The notes under the pieces were generated by a model. It saw only the letters and a list, made by a program, of their open reading frames with translations. It was not told the origin of the DNA and ran no database searches. This document shows positions 53,647 to 54,892 of a DNA stretch of 54,892 bases, piece by piece. How positions within the stretch are numbered: position 1 is the first letter of the stretch; every line of letters begins with the position of its first letter. The stretch spans positions 1-54,892 of the forward strand of contig JAFXNB010000057.1 of NCBI GenBank assembly GCA_017529935.1, read 5' to 3'. This DNA comes from Selenomonadaceae bacterium (GTDB lineage Bacteria > Bacillota > Negativicutes > Selenomonadales > Selenomonadaceae). The position numbers and the translations under genes are program-made.

Positions 53647-54892
53647 TTAGAAGAAGAACTCGACGCGCCCGAAGATATGGCGGGCTTTGCCGCGACCGTT
53701 GCGATAGATGCCGTCGGTGATGTATTTGCCGTCGAAGTATTTCGCGATTAAGCCGATATTTTTGAACGGTGCCCAAGACGCGCCGATAACAAAACCGCGG
53801 GTGCCGCGCAAAGCGTCTTCTGCGGTGGGCGCGAAGGAAACGTTGGTGCCTTGGCTGCGGTAGCCGGCGAAGACGTTCCACTGACCTTTTTCGGGGGCGT
53901 CGTCGTAGTCGCCGTAGCTAAGTTCAGCCTGCCAAGCTTTATTCTCAAAGTCGGCTTTGGTATTCCGAGCGTACACGCCCTGAAGTGACAAAAGTTCGGT
54001 GAACTTATAGCCGAGATTGACCGTCCAAATACTCGCTTTGGAATAAGCTTTGCGGCTGTGTTCGCTATCAAAATCGAGGCTTTCGGCAACGCCTCTCCTC
54101 AAGTAATTGTTTCTGCTCCAAGCAAGATCGTCGTCTTTGATATAGTAGTAGCCCGCGCCGCCGAAAAGACCTTTATCGCCCTGGTCGTAATCGACTCTCA
54201 AGCCGACAACCGTCGCGGGGTCGTCCTCGGTGGTATTTTCGCCGTAAACGCCGCCGCCGACGCCGTCAGCCTTGACGCGACCGCCCGTGACGTTGAATTT
54301 CCATTTGCTGCCGTAAGTAATGGAGCCGCCCGAAATTTCCGTATCCCACATGAGTCCGGCTTCGCCTTCGGGGTAGAATTCAAAGCGACCGACTTTAAGA
54401 TTTAATTTGTCGTAATCGCCTTCAGCCCACGCGCGCTTGAGTTCAAAGTTGGTTGTCTCATCTTTTTTCATGTCGGCTTCGGCATCAAGGCGGGCATTAA
54501 CTGTCCAATGGTCGTTGACGTAAGCTTTAGGCTCAAGGCGGAAGATAAACCCGTTGGCGGTGTCTTTTGTCTTCTTGCCGCTATTTTCGGGGTCGGTTTT
54601 CGTTTGTTCGTAGGTATACTCAATCTTGCCCTGCCAAACAACTTTATCGGCGTATTTTTCCAGCTCGGCTACGCGAACGCCCAGTGCGTCAAGCTCCTCA
54701 CGGAATTCAGCGGCGAGTCTGTCGAGTTCGGCTTTGTTCGCGCCGGTAGGATTTTTCGCCATGGCTTTAGCAATCATCTGCGCCATTTCGTAGCGGGTAA
54801 TGTTGCGGTCGCCGCGATAGGTGCCGTCGCCGTAACCTTCGATGACGCCTTCAGCCGCCAATTTTGAAACGGAATTGTAAGCCCAATGCCCC
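53647..54892 (-). CDS. Second SLH/OmpM-like porin, 5'-truncated by the right window edge
   Basis: The same SLH/coiled-coil N-terminal region (..HWAYNSVSKLAAEGVIEGYGDGTYRGD..AELEKYADKVVWQGKIEYTY..), a diverged barrel, and the same ..RVEFFF end. The reading frame stays open to base 54892. Confidence 0.8.
   Translation of the reverse strand, partial: GHWAYNSVSKLAAEGVIEGYGDGTYRGDRNITRYEMAQMIAKAMAKNPTGANKAELDRLAAEFREELDALGVRVAELEKYADKVVWQGKIEYTYEQTKTDPENSGKKTKDTANGFIFRLEPKAYVNDHWTVNARLDAEADMKKDETTNFELKRAWAEGDYDKLNLKVGRFEFYPEGEAGLMWDTEISGGSITYGSKWKFNVTGGRVKADGVGGGVYGENTTEDDPATVVGLRVDYDQGDKGLFGGAGYYYIKDDDLAWSRNNYLRRGVAESLDFDSEHSRKAYSKASIWTVNLGYKFTELLSLQGVYARNTKADFENKAWQAELSYGDYDDAPEKGQWNVFAGYRSQGTNVSFAPTAEDALRGTRGFVIGASWAPFKNIGLIAKYFDGKYITDGIYRNGRGKARHIFGRVEFFF

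Noticed and set aside
1-54892. Self-targeting by the five complete spacers
   Set aside because: Reading the window by eye I found no match to any spacer on either strand. This is not an exhaustive alignment and says nothing about the rest of the genome.

Overview
This 54.9-kb chromosomal window appears to come from a diderm Firmicute (Negativicutes-like). That is an inference from two SLH/OmpM-type porin genes ending in the beta-signal ..RVEFFF, plus minCDE. Bases 1-25,400 form a dense defence island with four parts. (1) The distal end of a CRISPR array with 37-bp repeats ending GAAAC. (2) A type III-style cyclic-oligoadenylate accessory module: a small Csx20-like protein, two diverged CARF-HEPN (Csm6/Csx1-family) paralogs and two WYL regulators. 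No effector cas genes are in view. (3) A seven-gene, tightly coupled, methyltransferase-less BREX type 4-like operon: unknown 461-aa protein, BrxP (PAPS-reductase/PP-loop plus 2x4Fe-4S), BrxC, PglZ, BrxL with an in-frame TAA, a Zn-ribbon micro-protein and a PLP cysteine desulfurase. I consider this operon the most interesting candidate, as a sulfur-based (Dnd/Ssp-like) DNA-modification BREX. (4) A type I R-M system (hsdM-hsdS-hsdR). The middle of the window holds two unknown genes, tandem DUF805 genes behind a leader with its own promoter, sORF and terminator, and a long operon (ycdX, acyl-CoA ligase, secreted protein, rsmJ-like, HpcH/CitE, PRTase, StiP-like PRTase, HAD) that resembles the Ter-associated nucleoside-like-metabolite module. 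It also holds a decayed glucitol PTS operon interrupted by two related roughly 0.5-kb cassettes (Zn-ribbon or HNH cargo behind a shared promoter and hairpin 5'-UTR), and a fused R-M-S type IIB/IIG-like enzyme preceded by 30-bp tandem repeats. Further right are an OmpR-type two-component system (kinase carries an in-frame TAG) and a YddA-like ABC transporter that share a duplicated promoter, then a carboxyltransferase, minCDE, and three tandem Fst-like type I toxin/antisense-RNA modules. All calls come from reading motifs in the supplied translations and the DNA. No database search was run.
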